Shown here in pieces: positions 8,763-16,740 of a stretch of DNA of 34,119 bases. Location: NCBI GenBank assembly GCA_903907175.1, contig CAIVNB010000069.1, positions 1-34,119 on the forward strand, given 5' to 3'. How positions within the stretch are numbered: position 1 is the stretch's first letter; the number at the start of each line of letters is the position of its first letter. Position numbers and translations under genes: made by a program. The notes below the pieces were generated by a model. That model made no database searches. It worked only from the letters and a program-made list of their open reading frames with translations, and was not told the origin of the DNA. Source of the stretch: an uncultured bacterium. GTDB lineage: Bacteria; Patescibacteriota; Minisyncoccia; Phycocordibacterales; UBA9973.

Positions 8763-9497
8763 ATGCAAAAAGTAGAAAATAAGAAAATAAAAGAAGAAGT
8801 ATCAATAGAAGATATGTTTAACGCTGGTGCACATTATGGTTATTCAAAGACCAGAAGACACCCATCCGTATCTTCATATATTTATACGACAAAGAACAAA
8901 ACAGACATTATAGACCTTGAAAAAACAAGTGTTCAACTCGAATCTGCAAAAGAATTCGTAAAGGGTCTCGGAGCTAGAAATAAAGTAATTCTTTTTGTTG
9001 GCACTAAACCCGAAGCGAAAGAAACAATAAAAAATATAGCTGAAGCATTAAATATGCCTTATGTTAATGAACGTTGGATTGGAGGCACTCTCAGTAATTT
9101 TACTGAAATTAAAAAAAGAATTGCAGAACTTGAAAATTATCGCAAAGAAAACAAAGAGGGGGGGCTCGAAAAATATACAAAAAAAGAACGAGTGGTGATG
9201 GCAAAAAAAATGGAAAGACTTGCAAGATATTATTCTGGATTAGTTGGACTTAAAAAAATACCAGATGCACTCTACATAGTAGACGCAAAAGGAGAATCCA
9301 TAGCACAAACGGAAGGGTTGAAGTCAAATGTCCCAGTAATTGCACTTCTTAACTCTGATTCAAATATAAAAAATATTGATTACCCTATAATATGTAATGA
9401 TTCAGGAATCCCTTCTATTAAACTTTTCACAGAATCAATTTCAAATTCTTATAAAAGTGGTCAGATGTCCATTCCGACAACTGCACCCGTTAAATAA
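8763..9497 (+). CDS. rpsB: 30S ribosomal protein S2
   Basis: MFNAGAHYG, IIDLEKT, ILFVGTK, YVNERWIGGTLSNF, IDYPIICND. Confidence 0.96.
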   Translation: MQKVENKKIKEEVSIEDMFNAGAHYGYSKTRRHPSVSSYIYTTKNKTDIIDLEKTSVQLESAKEFVKGLGARNKVILFVGTKPEAKETIKNIAEALNMPYVNERWIGGTLSNFTEIKKRIAELENYRKENKEGGLEKYTKKERVVMAKKMERLARYYSGLVGLKKIPDALYIVDAKGESIAQTEGLKSNVPVIALLNSDSNIKNIDYPIICNDSGIPSIKLFTESISNSYKSGQMSIPTTAPVK

Positions 9498-9507
9498 AAT
9501 AAAAAAT

Positions 9508-10284
9508 ATGTCAAAAATAACAACTGAGTTAGTAAAAGAACTTAGAGATACTACTGGCATTTCTGTAATGCAATGTAAGCGTGCTCTCGAGGAAGCAGAT
9601 GGTGATATGAATAAAGCTCTAGCAATCTTAAAAAAAACAAGTAGCGATATTGCTCTTAAAAAAGCTGATCGTAACGCAAAAGATGGAGCGGTAGCCGTAA
9701 AAACAGAAAATGGTAAGTCCGTCTTAGTTGCACTACGCTCGGAAACTGATTTCGTATCAAAAAATGAAGATTTCGTTTCCCTCTTAAGCAAACTTACAGA
9801 TATCGCTTTTAAAGAAGGTATTGAAAAAATGAAAGAAGTATCAAAAGACATGATTGATCCAATCATTCAGAAAACTGGAGAGAACATTCAATTGGGTGAT
9901 ACTTATATAGTGCAAGGAGAAATTTTAGGAGTATATATACATAACAATAAGAAAGCAGTAATTGTAAGTCTAGAAGGAGGCAATCAAGAACTTGCAAAAG
10001 ACATAGCAATGCATATAACAGCAATGAAGCCAGAATATATTTCTAAGGAAGACATCACAGAAGAAATAAAGAAAACAATGTTTGAAATATTCCAAAAAGA
10101 GGTTGCAGGAATAGATAAACCAGAGGAAATAAAGAAAAAAATGTTAGAAGGTAAAATATCAACCTATTTTAAAGAAAAAACACTACTTGATCAACCTTCC
10201 ATTAAAAATCCTGATGAAACAATAGGGAAAATATTAGAGCGCGCAAAGGCAAAAATCAAAGAAGTAAAAAGTTATTCAATATAA
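9508..10284 (+). CDS. tsf: Elongation factor Ts
   Basis: LVKELRDTTGISVMQCKRAL, SETDFVSKN, DIAMHI; follows rpsB. ATG at 9508. Confidence 0.96.
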   Translation: MSKITTELVKELRDTTGISVMQCKRALEEADGDMNKALAILKKTSSDIALKKADRNAKDGAVAVKTENGKSVLVALRSETDFVSKNEDFVSLLSKLTDIAFKEGIEKMKEVSKDMIDPIIQKTGENIQLGDTYIVQGEILGVYIHNNKKAVIVSLEGGNQELAKDIAMHITAMKPEYISKEDITEEIKKTMFEIFQKEVAGIDKPEEIKKKMLEGKISTYFKEKTLLDQPSIKNPDETIGKILERAKAKIKEVKSYSI

Positions 10285-10290
10285 ATAAAT

Positions 10291-10713
10291 ATGTATTTTT
10301 TCTTTATCTTATTTTTTATATCCCTTACAGCAATCATATTAATGATTAGTAGAAAATTACTATTGATAAACAATATAGAAGGACATAATATTGATCATCC
10401 AAATGAATTACTTGTATCTGGAATTTTAGATTTTGATAAAATAAAACATTCCACCATCAAAAATGCAAAAAAAACGATACACGCTCTCATATGGGTTACT
10501 CTTAGAACCTATATCGTTTCTGTTAATTTTATAAATAAAAAAAGAAAAGAGATTGTAATAAAAATAAAAAATAAATTTAGAAAACACCATCATGAAATAG
10601 AAGAAGTAGAAGAAAAGAAAGAAGTTTCCAAATATATAAAAATTATTTCAGAATATAGACAAAAGATAAGAACGATAAAAAACAAAATAAGAGAGGAAGA
10701 AGGAATTGAATAA
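10291..10713 (+). CDS. Hypothetical membrane-anchored protein
   Basis: 140 aa ORF 6 nt after tsf, with a hydrophobic N-terminus and a basic/charged C-terminus. Confidence 0.7.
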   Translation: MYFFFILFFISLTAIILMISRKLLLINNIEGHNIDHPNELLVSGILDFDKIKHSTIKNAKKTIHALIWVTLRTYIVSVNFINKKRKEIVIKIKNKFRKHHHEIEEVEEKKEVSKYIKIISEYRQKIRTIKNKIREEEGIE

Positions 10714-10762
10714 ACATTTGTAATTGTTTTTAAGTTTGATAGTATAGAAATACCATAAAAAT

Positions 10763-10835
10763 GCCGCTTTAGCTCAGTTGGTAGAGCAACGCTTTTGTAA
10801 AGCGAAGGTCCTCAGTTCGAATCTGAGAAGCGGCT
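10763..10835 (+). tRNA. tRNA-Thr (anticodon UGU), CCA not encoded
   Basis: Acceptor stem GCCGCTT/AAGCGGC, D-arm GCTC-AGTTGGTA-GAGC, anticodon loop TT-TGT-AA, T-arm CTCAG-TTCGAAT-CTGAG, discriminator T. Confidence 0.96.
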
Positions 10836-10896
10836 CAAGATAAAAAACTATAATAAAAAATACTAAATAAGTATGAGTGATATTCCGTTGGGATTA

Positions 10897-10917
10897 TTCG
10901 AACCCGAAGCGGCTCAA
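10897..10917 (+). repeat. Partial duplicate of the tRNA-Thr 3' end (att-like scar)
   Basis: GAAGCGGCTCAA at 10906-10917 is identical to 10827-10838 and is preceded by TTCGAA. Confidence 0.6.
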
Positions 10918-10918
10918 A

Positions 10919-12097
10919 TTAAGATAGTTTATTTTTATATCCGTGTTTTTCTTTTAAAGCCAAGAGTCTTTTCTCAAAAAAACGATACGAAGTCAAAGAA
11001 AAAATTACAGCCAACAAAAAAGCTACTATAATTTCTGATATATATATTAGAAAATTATGATTTACAAGAGAAATGCCGAACAAATGAAAAATATAGAATG
11101 TAAAGAATATTGCTATCATATGATAGCAATAAAGACCATAAGAACGAACTCCTAGGTAATTTAAAACCTTAAAACGTCCTAATTTTACTAGCGATTGGTC
11201 TGCCATATTTTGCTCTAAGATAATAAAGGCAAAAAAGATTGAAAAAAGAAGTGGTTCAAAAGAATATAAGAAACGGTACAAATAACCATGCGAAAAAATC
11301 GGTAAAAATGTACGCAAGGGAATCAAAACAAAGCCAATAATGTAAATAGAAAATATAACGTATTTGGGACAATTTTTTATTGTCTTAAAAAGAAAATTAC
11401 TATACATGGTCGCATAAGCAACTAAGGCGCCCACAGCTAAATCTGACATAACAGAAAAAGTAGAATATTTTACAATACTATAATTATCATAATAATAAAA
11501 ACGATATAAAAAAGAAGCACCAATTATTACTAGTAGCACTTTAATAATGTTTTTTTTAGAAACAAAAGAAAGAATAGTCGGCCAAATGAGATAAAATTGT
11601 TCTTCAATAGAGATAGACCAAAGAACCGCAAGTACGACACTCCCCGTTCCCAAGAAAGCCATTTTAATATTAGCACCTAAAAAAATATACCATGGTAAAG
11701 AACTGTAACTTTCAGTAATCAAAAATGGAAAATTGATACCAGATTTTAAGGCAATAGGGTAAATAACAAAAAATCCCAAAAAGAGTGTCAAAAAATAAAG
11801 TGGCCAAATACGTAGAATCCTACGTAGATAAAAATGTGGCAGTGAAATATTTTTAGAATTATCTTTTTCTGTAAGTAAAAGAAAAGTAATTAAAAAACCA
11901 CTTAAAACAAAAAAGAAGTTCACCCCCAAGTCACCATGAACCAAAAAAACTTTTTTTATAAAATTAAAAGAATGATTATTGCTCTCATAGCCTAAAAATA
12001 AAGCCACATGAGAAACAAAAACAGACAAAAACGCAAGAAAGCGTAGAGCATCAAGATTATTGAAGTATACCTTTGGTAAGCTTTTTATATTTTGCAT
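10919..12097 (-). CDS. Acyltransferase-3 (OafA/IcaC-like) membrane O-acyltransferase
   Basis: LDALRFLA, GVNFFFVLSGFLI, FYLRRILRIWPLY, WSISIEEQFY, SYGLYCYH; about 10 TM helices. Confidence 0.92.
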   Translation of the reverse strand: MQNIKSLPKVYFNNLDALRFLAFLSVFVSHVALFLGYESNNHSFNFIKKVFLVHGDLGVNFFFVLSGFLITFLLLTEKDNSKNISLPHFYLRRILRIWPLYFLTLFLGFFVIYPIALKSGINFPFLITESYSSLPWYIFLGANIKMAFLGTGSVVLAVLWSISIEEQFYLIWPTILSFVSKKNIIKVLLVIIGASFLYRFYYYDNYSIVKYSTFSVMSDLAVGALVAYATMYSNFLFKTIKNCPKYVIFSIYIIGFVLIPLRTFLPIFSHGYLYRFLYSFEPLLFSIFFAFIILEQNMADQSLVKLGRFKVLNYLGVRSYGLYCYHMIAIFFTFYIFHLFGISLVNHNFLIYISEIIVAFLLAVIFSLTSYRFFEKRLLALKEKHGYKNKLS

Positions 12098-12109
12098 AGA
12101 AAAGTAATT

Positions 12110-12814
12110 CTATTGAATTTTATCTGTTGTTACAGTTTTTGGATTATTTACAGGCATTGTCTCTTGAAGTTTAAAAGAATTTTTTATTCGTAAATCTAAT
12201 TCTTCAATTGTATTGAACCCTGTTAAAACCTCATCGTCTATCACAAGAGCTGGAAGAGCTGTATCTTTGATCTTATAGATATCTAGCATCGCTTTTACCG
12301 CAGAAAGATCAACACTATAATCAAAAGAATAAACCCTGAGTTCTGGATATTTTTCCCGAAGAGTAGAAAGTACTATCCCCTGCTTCTCACAAAGAGTACA
12401 GCTTTCTGCTTTTGTATAAAAATAAAGAATAAACGCTGATTTTTTACCACAACGAGAAGATACCTTTTTCATTAATAGATAGTCCTTTATCTGAAGTAAA
12501 GAATAATATTTTCTAAGATATGTTACTTCATCCGTATTGCTTAAATTTTCTTGCCCCCATTCTAGTTTTTTACCCAATTCATTTAATTCACTTGAAAGCA
12601 CAGAATCAGAAACATTTTTACAAGATAATTCAGAGAGTAATGAAAATTGAGTTTCAGAAGAAAGTATGTCTATCGAAATGGTATCTTGAATAGATTTCAA
12701 TTGATTTATTTTTTTATTACCAAAATAGTTACTCAAATACACAGCTGTTAAAAATAAAGCCAGTGTTATAAAAAAAACTATTAAATATCTTCTCCAATCA
12801 AATTGTTGTTGCAT
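12110..12814 (-). CDS. Membrane-anchored hypothetical protein with a C-terminal thioredoxin-like CxxC domain
   Basis: N-terminal TM, YFYT..CTLC, VYSFD, LPALVID; overlaps the stop of the GT2 gene. Confidence 0.7.
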   Translation of the reverse strand: MQQQFDWRRYLIVFFITLALFLTAVYLSNYFGNKKINQLKSIQDTISIDILSSETQFSLLSELSCKNVSDSVLSSELNELGKKLEWGQENLSNTDEVTYLRKYYSLLQIKDYLLMKKVSSRCGKKSAFILYFYTKAESCTLCEKQGIVLSTLREKYPELRVYSFDYSVDLSAVKAMLDIYKIKDTALPALVIDDEVLTGFNTIEELDLRIKNSFKLQETMPVNNPKTVTTDKIQ

Positions 12815-14096
12815 TTTGTTTTTTGGGCATTTCTACTTCTCTCTCAAGAACCCAACTCGATTCTTTAGATCGCAATACATTAAATATTGCCTTGAGAAGC
12901 CAAAAAGGCGCTAATATACTATAAATAATCATAAAATAGAACATGTCAAAAGAAACACGGGGTTTCCCTTCCAATATTCCTCTGCCTATCAAAAGAGCTA
13001 TTATAACAGAAGTATACAATATTATTGTTATAAAAAATATAGCTTTTGTACTAAAGAAAAATGGATCAAAATTAATATTTTGACTTATCTTCAAAGTATG
13101 ACCGAGTCCAACTGTATTTATTATAAATATTTTCTTATAAATGAAAGTAAAAAAATTATAACCTAACATCCAAAATAAAAAAATAGCTGCAAAAATTGAG
13201 ATAACTCCAGATGGCAAAGTAAATAAAGCGATAGTCCCATATTTTTTTCTAAATAAAAGTCTTCTGTAGTCTATGACATTTCTAATAAAACCGTAAATCC
13301 ACCTTGATCTTTGTCTATACAACTTTTTTATTGAATTTGGAGTAACTGTATAAACATAAGCATCAGGACAATGATCAATTTTATAATTATGTTCCTGCAT
13401 GCGTAATGCAATTTCTTGATCTTCTGTATTATGTGCATGTCTATAAGGACCTAAGTCATCAAAAACTTTTTTTCTAAAAATAGAAAAGGGTCCGGGTGTA
13501 ACATGAATGCCACCAAGAAAGGCAAGCATCTTTTTAGTATAAATCGACATATCATATTCAGCTTTTTGAGCCCCTTGTAAAATATTTTTTGGTTCATAAA
13601 CTACAACAGAGGGAGCAACAGCCATTGTATTTTTATCATCAAAATAAGTTATTATTCTTTTTAGAGCTTCCGAATCAACAAAGGAATCCGCATCAAGGCA
13701 GCCAACAAAAGGAGTATCTAGATATTGAAGTCCTAAATTTAGTGCAGTATATTTACCACCATTTTTTTTATGAAAAACTTTAATATTAGGGTATTTTTCA
13801 AATTCTTTTATAATCTGCCAAGTGTTATCTTTACTTCCATCATCAACAATGATTAATTTAAGTTTGTCTTTTGGATAATCAAGGTCAAGGAGAGATTCAA
13901 TTGTTCCTCTTATCGTTTCACCTTCGTTATAACATGGAACAATGATTGTAACTCCAGGGTATTCTGGAAGAGAAATAACCCCTTTGCGAACAAGAATTTT
14001 GTTTTTTCTCTCAAAGAAAGTAACAAGAAAAAAGACCTGCACATAAACAGAAAGAAAGCTTAATATATAAAATATTATACTTGAAGTTGAAACCAT
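12798..14096 (-). CDS. Processive GT2 glycosyltransferase (PgaC/IcaA/cellulose-synthase-like)
   Basis: IVPCYNE, VDDGSKD, GGKYTALN, DADS, TED, QRSRW (D,D,D,QxxRW signature) and C-terminal TMs. Confidence 0.92.
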   Translation of the reverse strand: MVSTSSIIFYILSFLSVYVQVFFLVTFFERKNKILVRKGVISLPEYPGVTIIVPCYNEGETIRGTIESLLDLDYPKDKLKLIIVDDGSKDNTWQIIKEFEKYPNIKVFHKKNGGKYTALNLGLQYLDTPFVGCLDADSFVDSEALKRIITYFDDKNTMAVAPSVVVYEPKNILQGAQKAEYDMSIYTKKMLAFLGGIHVTPGPFSIFRKKVFDDLGPYRHAHNTEDQEIALRMQEHNYKIDHCPDAYVYTVTPNSIKKLYRQRSRWIYGFIRNVIDYRRLLFRKKYGTIALFTLPSGVISIFAAIFLFWMLGYNFFTFIYKKIFIINTVGLGHTLKISQNINFDPFFFSTKAIFFITIILYTSVIIALLIGRGILEGKPRVSFDMFYFMIIYSILAPFWLLKAIFNVLRSKESSWVLEREVEMPKKQNATTI

Positions 14097-14136
14097 ATTT
14101 GCTTATATAATAACATTTTTTGGTAAAAAAGTAAAA

Positions 14137-14162
14137 CCAGCCCATTTTTAAAAATGGGCTGG
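14137..14162 (-). terminator. Intrinsic terminator after the DUF378 gene
   Basis: Perfect palindrome CCAGCCCATTTTTAAAAATGGGCTGG, followed on the minus strand by TTTTACTTTTTT. Confidence 0.75.
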
Positions 14163-14179
14163 AAAGTAAAAAAAGTAAA

Positions 14180-14497
14180 TTATATTTTAACTTCTTCCTT
14201 TTTTTCTTCAACAGGACAACATGCGTTTTTGCATTTACCACACTTACAACCAAAAATCATCATAACTGAAGCAATACCTACAAGAACGTAGACAATTGCC
14301 TCAAGCATAGACATAGAACCTAAAATCAAATGAACTACATTGAAAGCATCAGCACTCTTGCCTAAAAGCATTCCTATGCCAACTAACCCCCAATTTATTC
14401 CACCTATGATTACCAAAATTTTAGCAACCATACTCATTACACAACCACCCTTGCAACATTTTTCTTTACAAACCCCATCTTTACAATTTCCACACAT
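14180..14497 (-). CDS. DUF378 small membrane protein with Cys-rich termini
   Basis: LVIIGGINWGLVG and IVYVLVGIA are DUF378 signatures; termini read CGNCKDGVCKEKCCKGGC and GCKCGKCKNACC. Confidence 0.85.
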   Translation of the reverse strand: MCGNCKDGVCKEKCCKGGCVMSMVAKILVIIGGINWGLVGIGMLLGKSADAFNVVHLILGSMSMLEAIVYVLVGIASVMMIFGCKCGKCKNACCPVEEKKEEVKI

Positions 14498-14581
14498 ATC
14501 TTTATTTTTATCTTACTTAACTTCAGAAAAAGAAAAGTAAGAATTTTAATTAATTAATAATGTTTATAATGACCTTATCCA

Positions 14582-14617
14582 CTAGTATAACATATTAAAA
14601 AAAATATGTTATACTAG
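14582..14617. promoter_or_regulatory. Perfect 15-bp inverted repeat forming two back-to-back extended -10 promoters (TGTTATACT on each strand)
   Basis: CTAGTATAACATATT-A6-AATATGTTATACTAG between the divergent DUF378 and DsbA-family genes. Confidence 0.7.
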
Positions 14618-14628
14618 GATATTAATAA

Positions 14629-14668
14629 TCCCGACGTAATGTCGGGACTCCGACAGTATCGTCGGAGT
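14629..14668. repeat. REP-like tandem double hairpin in the 5' region of the DsbA-family gene
   Basis: TCCCGAC-GTAAT-GTCGGGA followed directly by CTCCGAC-AGTATC-GTCGGAG; a GC-rich patch in an AT-rich spacer. Confidence 0.65.
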
Positions 14669-14691
14669 TTATAAATAAAAAAATAAACAAC

Positions 14692-15429
14692 ATGGAAAAT
14701 GAAGAAAAAATAGAACATATACACCATATTAAAAAAAGCACAATAAATCAAAGCCAGATAGCTGGAGCAATTATAGTTGCAGGATTAATAATTGCTGGTG
14801 CAATATTATTAAAAGGACAACAACCTACGCAACAAGTTCCAGCAGCGGTAAATAATGGTAATCCCACAGCTCAAAATGTACAAGTTAGAGCTGTTAAGGC
14901 TGATGAACATATAGCTGGAAATCTTAATGCTAAAGTGGTTATAGTTGAATATTCAGATACTGAATGTCCTTTCTGTAAGATGTTTCATAATACAATGAAT
15001 CAAGTTATGACACAAAGTTCTGGAAAAGTAGCTTGGGTATACAGACATTATCCTATCGCTCAACTCCACTCAAAAGCATTTAATGAATCTGTGGCAATGG
15101 AATGCGCTTGGGAACAAGGAGGAAATGATTCATTTTGGAAATTTACCAATGAGCTTTTCGTAAGGACAGGATCAAATAATACACTTGACCCACTTGAACT
15201 TCCCAAAATTGCAACAAGTATTGGTATTAACGTTGATACTTTTAATACTTGTCTTTCTACCCAAAAGTATGCAGACAAGGTAAGAGCTGATATGGCAGAC
15301 GGTACAAAAGAAGGAGTAAACGGTACACCTCATTCTTTCATTTTAAAGAATGGAAAAGTAGTTGATGTCATCGCGGGAGCTGAGCCAATCGAATCTGTAA
15401 TGCAGAAAGTTAATGCAGCGTTAAAATAA
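14692..15429 (+). CDS. DsbA-family (thioredoxin-fold) thiol-disulfide oxidoreductase, membrane anchored
   Basis: N-terminal TM, VEYSDTECPFC, WVYRHYP, GVNGTPHSF cis-Pro loop. Confidence 0.92.
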   Translation: MENEEKIEHIHHIKKSTINQSQIAGAIIVAGLIIAGAILLKGQQPTQQVPAAVNNGNPTAQNVQVRAVKADEHIAGNLNAKVVIVEYSDTECPFCKMFHNTMNQVMTQSSGKVAWVYRHYPIAQLHSKAFNESVAMECAWEQGGNDSFWKFTNELFVRTGSNNTLDPLELPKIATSIGINVDTFNTCLSTQKYADKVRADMADGTKEGVNGTPHSFILKNGKVVDVIAGAEPIESVMQKVNAALK

Positions 15430-15433
15430 AGAA

Positions 15434-15472
15434 AAATTAAAAAATCCCCCATATCGGGGGATTTTTTAATTT
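15434..15472. terminator. Bidirectional intrinsic terminator between the convergent DsbA-family gene and rpoD
   Basis: AAATTAAAAAATCCCCC-ATATC-GGGGGATTTTTTAATTT. Confidence 0.85.
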
Positions 15473-15546
15473 AATCAAAGTATAACTAGATACAATGTTT
15501 TGACTTCACTCGGACATTGCATGCATAAATTCATGCATGCTCCTCG

Positions 15547-16725
15547 TTAGTCAAAATAGTTTTTCAAACGAGCTATTTTTTCATGCTGGCGAAGTTTTTC
15601 GTGAACTTTTGCTTCAATCTGTCGAATTCTTTCGCGTGTCACTTGAAATTCCTCCCCTACTCGCTCAAGAGTATGCTGTATGCCATCAATCAAGCCATAA
15701 CGCATTTCAAGAATCTTGCGTTCTTTTGGATTTAGCTCTGAAAGAACTTCTCGAATTTGATCAGATAGAATTCTACGAGAAGACTCTTGATCTGGACGTA
15801 AAATCTTATCATCTGGTATAAAATTCTCAAGAGTTGATTTGTCATCATCATCTCCTACTGGCTGCTCAAGTGAGATAGTTTCTTGACTGATATTTTCAAT
15901 TACATGTATCTTTTCAACAGGAACCCCCATTTCAGTGGCAATTTCTTCAGATAATGGATCTCTACCCAAATCTTGACTCAATCTTCTATAGACTTGTTTG
16001 TACTTTGAAATAGTTTCAACCATATGGACAGGAATACGAATAGTACGAGATTGGTCTGCAAGCGCACGAGTAATAGACTGACGAATCCACCAAGTTGCAT
16101 AAGTTGAAAACTTGTATCCTTTCGTCCAATCAAATTTTTCAACTGCTTTAAATAAACCCAAATTCCCTTCCTGAATTAAATCAAGCAATGTTAAATTTGC
16201 ACTTCTTCCTACATATTTTTTTGCAATTGAAACCACTAAACGCAAATTAGCACGAGCAAGTAAATTTTTTGCTTCTATGTCTCCATGTTCTATTCGTTTT
16301 GCTAGATCTTTTTCATCAGAAGCATAAATTAAAGGATATTGACCTATCTCTTTTAAATACATCTGGATAGAATCATGCATTGTGGACTTATTTAAATCAT
16401 CATTTACATCAACATCAAGATTCAATAAATTTCCACCCTCAAGCACATCAATACCTGCTACGGTGAATTTTTCATAAAGTTCATCTAAAAAAAATATATT
16501 ATTTTCAATATCAGGAAAAGTTTTTAATATCTCATCATAAGTAACAAAACCTCTTTTATGCCCCTTTGCAATAAGCTCATTTGACAAGCGACTTAGCTCT
16601 TGAGTCTTTTTCTCCCCAACTGTTAATTTCTTGGTCGTTATTTTTTTTGATAATTTTTTGTTTACTTTTTTTATAACTTTCTTCAATTTTTTAGTTTTTG
16701 CCTTTTTTACTTTATTTTTTTTCAT
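15547..16725 (-). CDS. rpoD: Primary sigma factor RpoD/SigA
   Basis: Region 1.1 (GFVTYDEI), [46 protein letters not shown]. Confidence 0.97.
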   Translation of the reverse strand: MKKNKVKKAKTKKLKKVIKKVNKKLSKKITTKKLTVGEKKTQELSRLSNELIAKGHKRGFVTYDEILKTFPDIENNIFFLDELYEKFTVAGIDVLEGGNLLNLDVDVNDDLNKSTMHDSIQMYLKEIGQYPLIYASDEKDLAKRIEHGDIEAKNLLARANLRLVVSIAKKYVGRSANLTLLDLIQEGNLGLFKAVEKFDWTKGYKFSTYATWWIRQSITRALADQSRTIRIPVHMVETISKYKQVYRRLSQDLGRDPLSEEIATEMGVPVEKIHVIENISQETISLEQPVGDDDDKSTLENFIPDDKILRPDQESSRRILSDQIREVLSELNPKERKILEMRYGLIDGIQHTLERVGEEFQVTRERIRQIEAKVHEKLRQHEKIARLKNYFD

Positions 16726-16740
16726 ATATAAAAATCAAAC

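Noticed and set aside
8658-8768. N-terminal extensions of ProS and RpsB in the ORF track that make the two genes overlap
   Set aside because: The extensions run through the divergent promoters; homology and promoter spacing support ATG 8657 and ATG 8763.
16620-16725. Lys-rich N-terminal tail of RpoD
   Set aside because: Low-complexity basic extensions are common on primary sigma factors; no repeat unit or separate feature is evident.
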